A program made the translations under genes and the position numbers. Below, in pieces: positions 54,368 through 63,677 of a stretch of DNA of 64,000 bases (its first letter is position 1; every line of letters starts with the position of its first letter). The stretch lies in assembly GCA_028281005.1 (NCBI GenBank), contig JANQKS010000026.1, positions 5,300 through 69,299 of the forward strand. The letters run 5' to 3'. Below the pieces are notes generated by a model, which made no database searches, was not told the origin of the DNA, and was given only the letters and a program-made list of their open reading frames with translations. The stretch is from Pseudomonadales bacterium. GTDB taxonomy: Bacteria > Pseudomonadota > Gammaproteobacteria > Pseudomonadales > Azotimanducaceae.

Positions 54368-55564
54368 TCAATTCCGGCTGATTTCTGCGGGTAGGTTGCG
54401 CAAGGTTTGCAGCAACGGCTGATCTGCATGGAAGCGCCGCGCGGCGTGCACAAAACGCAGCGTTTTGCCTGCGTCCATCCACTCATGCAACACCTTACGG
54501 CGCTGCTTAGCGGTACAGTTTTGGCGGTCTAAACTGGTGCACACGCGGGTAAAGCGTAGTTCCTCTAACAGTTTGATATGGGGTTGTGTAGGCCGGGTCT
54601 GCCACCGCGCTTGAGCCACCTCAGGGGGAGAATCAGCGTATTCATCCAGCGCCTGTAAGGCGTCGCGCAGCAGCGTGAAGCTTGCGGGGTGATAGCTCAG
54701 ATAAGACTCCCCGCTCGGATCTTGTTGCAGCGTGCGGCAAATGTGACTTAACGCGGGGCCGGTACCAAACGGTACACGCTCGGATAGGCGGGCTGCCAGT
54801 TCAATGTTGATCTGCGGCAAGTACACAACGCCATGCACTTTGGCGACTTTGTTGAGCAGATAAAAATCTTCGGCGGCGTCGCGCTTGGGGAAGCCGCGCA
54901 CGGCGGCGTAACTGTGGGCATGTACGCTGATGGTGCTGCCAAGGCTGGGGTAGGCGTAAGCCGACCCGGCCGCTTTGAGGCCGGCGCTGTAGAAACGCAT
55001 GTGACGGTCGTATAAGTCAGCAGCTTGTTGCAACAGTGCGTCGTTGCTGCGGTGGCGATGCGCAAATACCACCGCCCCGCGACTCGGCAGCTGCGGCTGG
55101 AAGTAGTCGGCCGGTAATATCGCGTCGGCATCGGTTTGATACAACCACGGTGAACGCACGTGACCGGCCATATGCAATAGCAGCGCAACGTCGCTGCCTA
55201 TTTTACGGGCTTGTCCAACCGTAGCTTTCGCTTCCAGCGGGGTGCTGACGCAGTCGATGCTGACCACGGTCAAAGGGGTAGCAGCCGCAGCCTGGCGCAG
55301 CAACGCTTGGCAGCGCCGGATGGTCTGCGGCGGCGCATCGTTAGGCGCGTTAATAACCGCCACGACCAGGGTATTTGAGGTTTGCAGGTGCGCAAACACC
55401 CGTCCCAGACAATCTCGCGCTTCATCGTAAAGCGGCACAATGACCGCTTGTTCATAACCTGGGTGGGAGGAGTCTCGCAGGTGCTGGATGGTGTCCGCGG
55501 CCACTTGATACGCCAAAGGTTCTGCATAACGTTGGGTATAACGTTGCAATACCTGTGCGTTCAT
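54368..55564 (-). CDS. GT-A-fold glycosyltransferase-like protein (uncertain)
   Basis: AVIVPLYDE near the N-terminus, DXD-like QTDADAILP, AAEDFYLLNK. The pattern resembles family-2-type glycosyltransferases, but this is a by-eye call. Confidence 0.45.
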   Translation of the reverse strand: MNAQVLQRYTQRYAEPLAYQVAADTIQHLRDSSHPGYEQAVIVPLYDEARDCLGRVFAHLQTSNTLVVAVINAPNDAPPQTIRRCQALLRQAAAATPLTVVSIDCVSTPLEAKATVGQARKIGSDVALLLHMAGHVRSPWLYQTDADAILPADYFQPQLPSRGAVVFAHRHRSNDALLQQAADLYDRHMRFYSAGLKAAGSAYAYPSLGSTISVHAHSYAAVRGFPKRDAAEDFYLLNKVAKVHGVVYLPQINIELAARLSERVPFGTGPALSHICRTLQQDPSGESYLSYHPASFTLLRDALQALDEYADSPPEVAQARWQTRPTQPHIKLLEELRFTRVCTSLDRQNCTAKQRRKVLHEWMDAGKTLRFVHAARRFHADQPLLQTLRNLPAEISRN

Positions 55565-55590
55565 CGGGCGGCTGCGCTGGCCTGAAGGTT

Positions 55591-56196
55591 CTAGTGCAGT
55601 GCCGCGCGCAATGGCTGACGCAACATGATGTCGGCTTCTATGTCGCTCAATTCTGCAAAGCGCGGGGCCACGCTGGCAACGTCACAGTGGGAACTCGCCA
55701 GGTTGTAAAACAATTCCCAATGACGATGTTCGCTGGCGGCGATGGAACGGTAGAACTTTGCCAGGTCAGCAAACGCTTGCGCATTCCCTTTCTCATCCCC
55801 ACCCCCATCCCCTTCCGCTTCACTCAGCCGCGTGGCTAAGAGTGCAAACCGCTCGGCGCCGCGGCGTTCTACCACCGCGCCCATTAATAAACGGTCTAAC
55901 AGGAAGTTTTCGGGCCCGCGGCGGATGTGTTGGTTGAGCGCGTTGATGTAAGGATCTTTACGGTCTGCCGCGGGGGTTATGCCGCGCGCTAACAGCAGGC
56001 GAATGACTTCGCGGTAGTGATTTAACTCCTCTACCGCCAGGTCGACCATGGCGTTGAGCAGCACAGGTTGGTCAGGGTAGTGGGAAGCCACCGCCATGGC
56101 CATGCCGCTGGCTTTCTTCTCGCAGGAAGCGTGGTCTTGCAGAAATTCATCAAAACTCGCCATGACACCCTCCACCCACGCGCTTGGGCTGGGCAT
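55591..56196 (-). CDS. miaE: tRNA-(ms2io6A)-hydroxylase
   Basis: Ferritin-like di-iron motifs DHASCEKKA, VEELNHYREV, ERFALL, ASEHRHWELF. Start uncertain: ATG 56196 chosen (11 nt after the upstream stop); 56232 and 56292 are alternatives. Confidence 0.75.
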   Translation of the reverse strand: MPSPSAWVEGVMASFDEFLQDHASCEKKASGMAMAVASHYPDQPVLLNAMVDLAVEELNHYREVIRLLLARGITPAADRKDPYINALNQHIRRGPENFLLDRLLMGAVVERRGAERFALLATRLSEAEGDGGGDEKGNAQAFADLAKFYRSIAASEHRHWELFYNLASSHCDVASVAPRFAELSDIEADIMLRQPLRAALH

Positions 56197-56207
56197 CAGC
56201 GGCGGTG

Positions 56208-56864
56208 CTAGCTGTAGATCTGGTTCAGCCATTGCGCGATGTCGGCAATTTCCTGGGGGCAGACTTGGTGCCCCATGGCGTATTCCTGCCACTGTACAGA
56301 GTAATTTAATCCCAGCAGCGTCTCACGGGAGGTGATCGCACGGGTGATGGGGATCATCGGATCACTCAAGCCGTGGGCCATAAAAATTGGCGTATCGACG
56401 TTGGCAAAGTCAGCCCGTTCCGCCACATGCTCATGGTCGTGCAGGTAGGTGGAGAGGCCCATGATGCCGCACAGCGGATGGCGGTAACTTAAGCCGAGGT
56501 GAAGGGCAATCACACCACCCTGTGAAAATCCAGCCAACGTAATTTTGTTGCTGGGTACGCCGCTTTCAACTTCGCGCTCCACCAGCTGTGCAACTTGTTG
56601 CGCCGACAGGTCGATGTCTTCGCTGCCGGCCAGCGGTGCACCGGGGTCGATGTCGTACCAGCCACGCATTTCCATACCGCCATTGATGGTAATCGGACGG
56701 ATGGGCGCATTGGGAAACACGAAGCGTAGCGGCTGCGCCAATTGCAACATGGGCACGATGGGTTCGAAATCCGTGGCATCGGCACCTAAGCCGTGCATCC
56801 ATATGACGGTGCCGACGGGGTTGTCCCCGGTCGCGGTTTCCAGTGTTTCCAACAGCTCTGACAT
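56208..56864 (-). CDS. Carboxylesterase/phospholipase family alpha/beta hydrolase
   Basis: VIWMHGLGAD, LAGFSQGG (nucleophile elbow), FMAHG..D, and a C-terminal GH. Start moved to ATG 56864. Confidence 0.85.
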   Translation of the reverse strand: MSELLETLETATGDNPVGTVIWMHGLGADATDFEPIVPMLQLAQPLRFVFPNAPIRPITINGGMEMRGWYDIDPGAPLAGSEDIDLSAQQVAQLVEREVESGVPSNKITLAGFSQGGVIALHLGLSYRHPLCGIMGLSTYLHDHEHVAERADFANVDTPIFMAHGLSDPMIPITRAITSRETLLGLNYSVQWQEYAMGHQVCPQEIADIAQWLNQIYS

Positions 56865-56970
56865 GATGTTGCGGTCCTGTTTGTTGTCTTTCCTACGGCT
56901 GCGGCACCATAGCGACTTTTCCGGAATATATGCAAGTTGCCCGTGGCGCGGACATCTTGGCGCGGACATA

Positions 56971-58755
56971 ATGGCGCGCATGGCTGAAGTAGTAGACGAT
57001 GGGCACGACCGGCAAAGCAACAAGGACCTGCGCCGCTTAACCCCTGCATTTAAGTTCCTGCGCCCCTATGTGCGCCAAGTGGTGTTTGCCAGTATTGCGC
57101 TGGTCATTACCGCGGCGGCGACCTTATCCATTGGTCAGGGTATTCGTCTGGTCATCGACAGTGGCTTCGCCAGCGGCGAGGCGGGTGTGCTGGTGGATTC
57201 GCTGAGTCTGTTTGCGGGGTTTGTGCTGGTGCTCACCGTGGGCACGTTTGTGCGCTTCTACTTTGTCTCGTGGGTTGGGGAGCGCGTCAGCGCTGACATT
57301 CGCCAGGCGGTGTTCACGCACCTCATCAATATCCACCCGGGATTTTTTGAGCGTAACGCGCCGAGCGAGATACAGTCGCGTATCACCACCGACACGACGT
57401 TGCTGCAAACCGTCATCGGATCTTCCGTGAGTATAGCGCTACGAAATTTTCTGATGTTTGTCGGCGGCGTCACCCTGATGTTCATCACCAACGTCAAGCT
57501 GTCGCTCATCGTGCTGATCAGCGTGCCGTTTGTGGTGATGCCAATCATTTTGTTCGGCCGGCGTGTGCGCCGGTTGTCGCGCACCAGTCAGGACCGCCTG
57601 GCAGACGTCGGTAGTTACGCCGGAGAGTCCCTGCGCCACATCAAGGTGGTGCAGGCGTTTAACCACCAAGGTGCGGATGAGACCGCTTTTCATCAGCGTG
57701 TGGATGCTGCATTCAAAATCTCAGTACAGCGCATTCGTCAGCGTGCGGTGCTGGTGGCCATTGTCATGTTGTTGGTGTTTGGCGCGGTGGCCACGATGTT
57801 ATGGGTGGGTGGTCAGGATGTCCTGAGTGGCCAAACTTCAGCCGGAGAGCTTGCCGCTTTTATCTTCTATGCTTTCATAGTGGCCGGTTCGGTGGGTGCC
57901 ATCAGCGAGGTGATCAGCGATTTGCAACGTGCCGCCGGTGCGACCGAACGCTTGATAGAGTTGTTGGAATCCCCCAGTGAATTAGTCGAGCGCGACGCCG
58001 CCGGGGGGCTTGCTGGGCAGGAAGTAAGTCTGCAGTTGGATCAAGTGGGTTTCAGTTATCCGACCCGACCTGAGCAGAAAGTGATCGATACGGTTAGCTT
58101 CAGCGTTCAACCTGGTGAAATGGTTGCGCTGGTGGGGCCTTCCGGGGCTGGCAAAAGCACGTTATTTGATCTGATACAGCGTTTTTATGACCCAACCGAA
58201 GGCAGCCTGCGTATGTGCGGCCAGGATTTGCGGGACTTGAGCTTGTCGGCGGTGCGTGGTGCAGTCGGATTTGTGTCGCAAGACCCAGTGTTGTTTGCGG
58301 GTACGTTAAAAGACAACTTGGTGTACGCCAATCCCGACGCCAGCGAGGTTGAGATCGAGCGTGCGTTACAACTTGCCCACGCGGCTGACTTTGTCGACGC
58401 TCTCAGTGAGGGGCTGTCGACCCGCGTCGGTGAAGACGGCGTAGGTTTGTCCGGTGGGCAACGTCAACGTTTGGCGATTGCTCGCGCGTTGTTATCAAAG
58501 CCGTCCATCTTGTTGTTAGACGAAGCCACCAGCGCGCTGGACGCGGAGAGTGAAAACCACATACGCCTGAGTATTGACGGCTTAAAAGGGCGTATGACCA
58601 TCATGGTGATTGCCCATCGCCTCTCCACGGTGCGCCAAGCGGACCGTATTCTGGTGTTGGACGGTGGGCGCGTGATCGGTTCAGGCACCCACGAGGAGTT
58701 GATGTCGTCATCGGATTTGTATGCGCGGTTTGCGCAAATGCAGTTTGCCGCTTAG
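56971..58755 (+). CDS. ABC transporter, fused permease/ATP-binding (ABCB/MsbA-like exporter)
   Basis: Six-TM domain, then GPSGAGKST, LSGGQRQRLAIARAL, ILLLDEATSALD. Start moved to ATG 56971; the track ORF start 56545 lies inside the esterase gene. Confidence 0.9.
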   Translation: MARMAEVVDDGHDRQSNKDLRRLTPAFKFLRPYVRQVVFASIALVITAAATLSIGQGIRLVIDSGFASGEAGVLVDSLSLFAGFVLVLTVGTFVRFYFVSWVGERVSADIRQAVFTHLINIHPGFFERNAPSEIQSRITTDTTLLQTVIGSSVSIALRNFLMFVGGVTLMFITNVKLSLIVLISVPFVVMPIILFGRRVRRLSRTSQDRLADVGSYAGESLRHIKVVQAFNHQGADETAFHQRVDAAFKISVQRIRQRAVLVAIVMLLVFGAVATMLWVGGQDVLSGQTSAGELAAFIFYAFIVAGSVGAISEVISDLQRAAGATERLIELLESPSELVERDAAGGLAGQEVSLQLDQVGFSYPTRPEQKVIDTVSFSVQPGEMVALVGPSGAGKSTLFDLIQRFYDPTEGSLRMCGQDLRDLSLSAVRGAVGFVSQDPVLFAGTLKDNLVYANPDASEVEIERALQLAHAADFVDALSEGLSTRVGEDGVGLSGGQRQRLAIARALLSKPSILLLDEATSALDAESENHIRLSIDGLKGRMTIMVIAHRLSTVRQADRILVLDGGRVIGSGTHEELMSSSDLYARFAQMQFAA

Positions 58756-58767
58756 ATTCCGGTTCGA

Positions 58768-59814
58768 TTAAAACAGACCAAGCTGTTGCTCCGCTTGCGG
58801 CGGCGCCAACCCTACGCCGACTCCCAGCAGCCGCACAGGTTTTGACTGACGCTGCCAGGCAGTGTGGAGTAACTCGCGGTAATCCTCAAACGTTGTGCTG
58901 TGGCCCGCGCTGGACACAGTGGTGGTCTCAAAACCGGCAAATCTCACCTTAATGGTGCGCTGATTAATGGCGGCTCTACATTCCGCCCGTTGGATGCGCT
59001 CCTCCAGCTCTAGCACCAGCTTGGCCAGCGCCGTCAGACAGGCTTCAAAGGTAGGCAGGTCATCGGCGTATGTGCGCTCGGCACTAAGAGACTTGCGCAC
59101 GCGATTGACTTTAACCGGCCGCTCGTCGATACCACGGCACAATTCATACAGGCGTACGCCGAACTTGCCGAAATGTTGCGTCAGTTCAGGCAGGGGGACC
59201 TTTTGCAGGTCACCACAGGTGTTGAGGTCTAATTTGCGCATTCGCGCCGCAGTGACTGAGCCAACCCCAAACAGCTTGTTAACCGGCAACTCGGAGACAA
59301 ACTCACTGACCTGTTGCGGTGTGATGGTGAATTGGCCGTCGGGTTTGTTCCAATCGGAGGCGATTTTGGCGAGAAATTTGTTGGGGGCAATGCCCGCGGA
59401 CACGGTGATACCCACTTCTTGTTTAACCCGCTGGCGAATCTGCTGCGCGATCAGCGTGGCGCTGCCGTTGGCCACTTGGCAGGTGCTTACATCAAGGTAG
59501 GCTTCATCCAGCGACAGCGGTTCTACCAGATCCGTATAGTCGCGGAATATGTTCTGCACTTTGGCGGACTCGGCTTTGTATTTGGCCATATTGCTGCTGA
59601 CAATGACTAAATCCGGGCAACTACGTATTGCCTGGCTCATCGGCATCGCCGAGCGTACACCAAACGCACGCGCTTGGTAGTTACAGGTGGCCACCACGCC
59701 GCGCTGTTCTGGCCGACCGCCGACGGCGATGGGAACATCACGCAACGTCGGATTGTCACGCATTTCTACAGATGCGTAGAACGAGTCACAGTCGCAATGA
59801 ATAATTTTGCGCAT
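58768..59814 (-). CDS. dinB: DNA polymerase IV
   Basis: IIHCDCDSFYASVEMRDNP, SLDEAYLDVS, GIAPNKFLAKIASD, KLFGVG. Start ATG 59814. Confidence 0.9.
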   Translation of the reverse strand: MRKIIHCDCDSFYASVEMRDNPTLRDVPIAVGGRPEQRGVVATCNYQARAFGVRSAMPMSQAIRSCPDLVIVSSNMAKYKAESAKVQNIFRDYTDLVEPLSLDEAYLDVSTCQVANGSATLIAQQIRQRVKQEVGITVSAGIAPNKFLAKIASDWNKPDGQFTITPQQVSEFVSELPVNKLFGVGSVTAARMRKLDLNTCGDLQKVPLPELTQHFGKFGVRLYELCRGIDERPVKVNRVRKSLSAERTYADDLPTFEACLTALAKLVLELEERIQRAECRAAINQRTIKVRFAGFETTTVSSAGHSTTFEDYRELLHTAWQRQSKPVRLLGVGVGLAPPQAEQQLGLF

Positions 59815-59913
59815 TTTTCGGCTTTTTGCGGCGAAGCGTGACATTAAAAAAAATGTTCGCAGATGGAAATAGTCAACGGTGTGCCGTTTGGTTTAGAATG
59901 CGCGCCGTTTTGC

Positions 59914-59952
59914 CTAAGGGGCGAGTCTAAGGGGCGCGTCTAAAAGGCGAGC
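59914..59952. repeat. Tandem repeat, 3 x 13 bp (CTAAGGGGCGAGT / CTAAGGGGCGCGT / CTAAAAGGCGAGC)
   Basis: Read directly in the divergent dinB / CoA-transferase intergenic region. Confidence 0.9.
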
Positions 59953-60015
59953 CAAGTCGGCAAAAACGAGCCGACAAAACTATAAAGAAGTAGAAAACAG
60001 CGGGGAAGCGAGCGT

Positions 60016-61146
60016 ATGGGTCCACTTGCAGGGTTTAAAATCATTGAGTTGGCCGGCATTGGTCCGGGTCCTTTTTGCGGCATGATGCTGTCAGACATGG
60101 GTGCGGAAGTGATCCGCGTAGAACGCCTAAGCGGCGCCGCTCAAGCCCCCAAGGATGTACTCGCTCGCAACCGTCGTAATATCGCCTTAGATCTGAAAAG
60201 CCCGGCTGGTGTTGAGGCGGTGTTGCGTTTGGTGGAGACCGCAGATGCGTTGTTTGAGGGGTTTCGCCCCGGTGTAACCGAGCGCCTCGGCTTAGGACCG
60301 CAGGACTGCATGGCACGTAACCCCAAACTGGTGTACGGACGCATGACCGGATGGGGACAGGACGGTCCCATGGCGCAGGCGGCCGGTCACGACATCAATT
60401 ACATTGGCTTGGCAGGTGCGCTGCATGCGGTTGGCCGCCGGGGTGAACGCCCGGTCCCACCGCTGAATTTGGTGGGTGATTTCGGTGGCGGCGGCATGCT
60501 GCTGGCGTATGGCTTGGTGTGTGGTTTGTTGGAAGCGCAGAAGTCCGGCCAAGGCCAGGTGGTAGATGCCGCCATGGTCGACGGTGCGGCAGCGCTGATG
60601 GCAATGTTTTTCTCGATGGCCGCAGGCGGCGCCTTTACGGATCAGCGCGGTACCAACTTATTGGACGGCGGCGCACATTTCTACGACACCTACGAAACTA
60701 AAGACGGTAAACACATTTGTATCGGCTCCATCGAACCGCAGTTTTACGCGTTGCTGCTGGAAAAGGCCGAACTCGATAAAGACAAATACGGCGATCAGAT
60801 GAATCCAGCCTTGTGGCCGGATCTGAAAGCTGACTTACAACAGACCTTCTTGACCAAAACCCAAGAAGAATGGTGCGCCATTATGGAAGGCACCGATGTT
60901 TGTTTTGCCCCGGTGTTGAGTATTTGGGAGGCTCCCAAACACCCGCACAACCAGGCAAGAAACAGCTTCCAAGAAATCGACGGTGTGATGCAACAAGCAC
61001 CCGCACCGCGTTTTTCGAGGACGCAACCAGAAATTTCACATGGCGCTAGAATCCCAGGAGAGGATACGGTGTCCGTACTTAAGGATTACGGCTTTAGCTC
61101 TGATGAAATTGATGAACTGAGTGCTAGCGGTGTAATTGCCAGCTAG
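60016..61146 (+). CDS. Family III CoA-transferase (CaiB/BaiF; alpha-methylacyl-CoA racemase-like)
   Basis: [31 protein letters not shown] and GWGQDGP...GHDINYI are typical family III motifs. Confidence 0.85.
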   Translation: MGPLAGFKIIELAGIGPGPFCGMMLSDMGAEVIRVERLSGAAQAPKDVLARNRRNIALDLKSPAGVEAVLRLVETADALFEGFRPGVTERLGLGPQDCMARNPKLVYGRMTGWGQDGPMAQAAGHDINYIGLAGALHAVGRRGERPVPPLNLVGDFGGGGMLLAYGLVCGLLEAQKSGQGQVVDAAMVDGAAALMAMFFSMAAGGAFTDQRGTNLLDGGAHFYDTYETKDGKHICIGSIEPQFYALLLEKAELDKDKYGDQMNPALWPDLKADLQQTFLTKTQEEWCAIMEGTDVCFAPVLSIWEAPKHPHNQARNSFQEIDGVMQQAPAPRFSRTQPEISHGARIPGEDTVSVLKDYGFSSDEIDELSASGVIAS

Positions 61147-61212
61147 GCAAGCCACGGCACTGCAAAAACTTCATTAAATCTATCCACCAACAAGCAGTAG
61201 TAAGGAAAACAC

Positions 61213-61716
61213 ATGAGTGTAGAGCTATTAGATAACCCCCGCTTTCACGGCTTTCGCGTGCGCCGCCAAATCGACGGCAAAACCTACCAAGAATATTTTT
61301 CACTGAAAGAAAACGGCAAACGCCTGCGCGGCGCCAAACGCGCTGCGGTCAAAGATGTGGCCGAGAAGCGTGACGCTGAGTTGGCGGCCCTGCAGCAAAA
61401 GAGCAAGGACAAAGCGGATCGCGAAATCCAATTAGACGAAAACGGTCAGGTTAAAGGCATCCTGTGCCGCCTGAAGAAAGAAAAGAGCGGCACCATGACG
61501 CCGGTATTCCAGGTTGGCATCATGTCACGTGTCACCGGCAAAATTGTCAACACCACAGTGTCGTTGAACAAGCACGGCATTCCTGCTGCGTGGGAAAAGG
61601 CGGTGGATTTTTATTGTCACCACAAGAACATCAGCAAGCGCACCAAAATCTACAAAGATTTAGTGGCTCGTTGCCCGAAAAAAGCTCAGGTAAACAAGTT
61701 TCTGAAAGCAGCTTAA
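61213..61716 (+). CDS. Basic hypothetical protein with two AP2-like segments (possible DNA-binding protein)
   Basis: FHGFRVRRQIDGKTYQEYFSLKENGKRLRGAKRAAVKDVAEKRD and VFQVGIMSRVTGKIVNTTVSLNKHGIPAAWEKAVDFY resemble the G-x-R...GK-x-x-x-x...helix pattern of AP2-type domains. AAGGA SD. By-eye call. Confidence 0.5.
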   Translation: MSVELLDNPRFHGFRVRRQIDGKTYQEYFSLKENGKRLRGAKRAAVKDVAEKRDAELAALQQKSKDKADREIQLDENGQVKGILCRLKKEKSGTMTPVFQVGIMSRVTGKIVNTTVSLNKHGIPAAWEKAVDFYCHHKNISKRTKIYKDLVARCPKKAQVNKFLKAA

Positions 61717-61760
61717 ATCACGGTCGTTTGCTCCAGCAGACAAGGGTTTAAGAGGTAAGC

Positions 61761-63677
61761 ATGGGCTACGCGGAAACTTACCAGGCGTCGCTGGCCGACC
61801 CGCAAGGGTTTTGGCGCGAACAAGCCGCGCAGATTCCCTGGTTTGAAGCGCCCACCACCATCCTTGATCAGGACGCCAACGGCGCCTGGCGCTGGTTTCG
61901 AGGTGGCAAGCTGAACAGCTGCTACGTGGCCCTTGATCAACACGTGGCCGCCGGCCGCGGTGACGCGGTGGCTTTGATCCACGACTCTCCAGCCACCAAC
62001 AGCGTGCGTAAGTATACATTTGCGGAACTTACGGAATGGACTGCGCGGGTGGCCGGCGGGTTAGCTGATTTGGGGGTAGGCAAAGGGGATCGCGTGGTCA
62101 TCTACATGCCGATGATCCCCGAAACCGTGGTCACCATGCTTGCCTGCGCGCGTATCGGCGCAGTGCACTCAGTGGTGTTTGGCGGGTTTGCCGCGCCCGA
62201 GCTGGCCACACGTATCGACGATGCGCAGCCAAAAGTCATGGTGTCTGCTTCGTGTGGCATCGAGTTTGATCGGGTTATCCCCTATAAACCCTTGTTGGAC
62301 GAAGCCATTCGTCTGGCTCAGCACAAACCTGAGCACACGGTTGTGGTGCAGCGTCCGCAGGCACAGGCCACGATGGTGCCGGAACGTGATATAGACTGGC
62401 AATCTTGGCAAGCGTCCGCTGCACCCGTTGACTGCGTACCGGTGGATGCCACCGACCCGTTGTATATCTTGTATACCTCCGGCACCACGGGCAAACCCAA
62501 GGGTGTGGTGCGTGACAATGGCGGCCACGCGGTGGCCCTGCACTACAGCATGCACGCCATCTACGGTGTGGATACGGGGGATGTGTATTGGGCTGCGTCT
62601 GATGTGGGCTGGGTAGTGGGGCACTCCTACATCGTATACGGCCCGCTGTTTAAAGGCTGCAGCACCATCCTTTATGAAGGTAAACCCGTGCGTACACCGG
62701 ATGCCGGGGCGTTCTGGCGTGTGTTGGCGGAGCACAAGGTGAAGAGCTTTTTTGTGGCGCCTACGGCATTTCGCGCCATTAAGAAAGAAGATCCCGACTG
62801 TGCCCTAAAGGCGCAGTACGACTTATCACATTTAGAGTACCAGTTTGTGGCAGGGGAACGCCTCGATCCGCCCACCTACCATTGGTTGCAGGAGCATTTA
62901 CCCGGGATACCGATTATTGATCACTGGTGGCAAACGGAAACCGGTTGGTCGATCTGCACCAATATGGCGGGTGTGGAACTTCTTGAAACCAAGGCAGGTT
63001 CGCCGACGCTGCCGGCGCCGGGTTACGATCTGAGAATCTTGGACGATGACGGCCAAGAGCTGGGTCCCAACAGTGAAGGCGCCATCGTTGTCAAAGAGCC
63101 TTTACCACCGGGTACGTTCCCAACGGTGTGGGGCGACCATGAACGTTTTGTTGAGAGCTATTGGTCACAATATCCCGGTTTTTACCTCACCGGGGACGGC
63201 GGTTACCGAGACGAAGATGGCTATGTCTACGTCATGGGACGCATCGATGATGTCATCAACGTTGCCGGCCACCGTCTATCCACCGGGCAAATTGAAGAAG
63301 TGGTAGCGGATCACCCAGCGGTAGCGGAATGTGCGGTGATTGGCATTAACGATGCAGATAAAGGCCAGGTGCCGATTGGCCTGGTGTTGCTCAAAGATGG
63401 CAGCAATATAGCGGCCGCTGCATTGCAGGCTGAGCTGGTGCAGATGGTGCGTGATAACGTGGGTGCCATTGCCAACTTCAAGCGTGCCCTGGTGGTGAGC
63501 CGTCTGCCGAAAACGCGGTCGGGTAAAATCTTGCGGCAAGTGATGCGTAAAATGGTGGATGGAGAAGCTTACAAAGTCCCTTCTACGATTGACGACATCA
63601 CCATCATCGATGAACTGGCGGAGCGCTTTGCCGTTGAAGGTCTGACCGCAGCCGCAAAAGGTGTAGAGCCCAAGTGA
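61761..63677 (+). CDS. prpE: Propionate/acetate-CoA ligase (AMP-forming), PrpE-like
   Basis: Y..S...P..FW N-terminus (YQASLADPQGFWREQA), YTSGTTGKPKG, YLTGD, KTRSGKILR. 638 aa. PrpE versus Acs cannot be settled by eye. Confidence 0.8.
   Translation: MGYAETYQASLADPQGFWREQAAQIPWFEAPTTILDQDANGAWRWFRGGKLNSCYVALDQHVAAGRGDAVALIHDSPATNSVRKYTFAELTEWTARVAGGLADLGVGKGDRVVIYMPMIPETVVTMLACARIGAVHSVVFGGFAAPELATRIDDAQPKVMVSASCGIEFDRVIPYKPLLDEAIRLAQHKPEHTVVVQRPQAQATMVPERDIDWQSWQASAAPVDCVPVDATDPLYILYTSGTTGKPKGVVRDNGGHAVALHYSMHAIYGVDTGDVYWAASDVGWVVGHSYIVYGPLFKGCSTILYEGKPVRTPDAGAFWRVLAEHKVKSFFVAPTAFRAIKKEDPDCALKAQYDLSHLEYQFVAGERLDPPTYHWLQEHLPGIPIIDHWWQTETGWSICTNMAGVELLETKAGSPTLPAPGYDLRILDDDGQELGPNSEGAIVVKEPLPPGTFPTVWGDHERFVESYWSQYPGFYLTGDGGYRDEDGYVYVMGRIDDVINVAGHRLSTGQIEEVVADHPAVAECAVIGINDADKGQVPIGLVLLKDGSNIAAAALQAELVQMVRDNVGAIANFKRALVVSRLPKTRSGKILRQVMRKMVDGEAYKVPSTIDDITIIDELAERFAVEGLTAAAKGVEPK

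Noticed and set aside
56545-56970. N-terminal 142 codons of track ORF 56545-58755 (and similar extensions in ORFs 1922, 4570, 14057, 16649, 20202, 21541, 26001, 29871)
   Set aside because: These extensions overlap well-supported genes on the other strand or lack any family signal. Internal starts give family-typical N-termini, signal peptides or SD sequences.
59815-59913. LexA (SOS) box upstream of dinB
   Set aside because: No CTG-N10-CAG or comparable palindrome was found between the dinB start and the 13-mer repeats.
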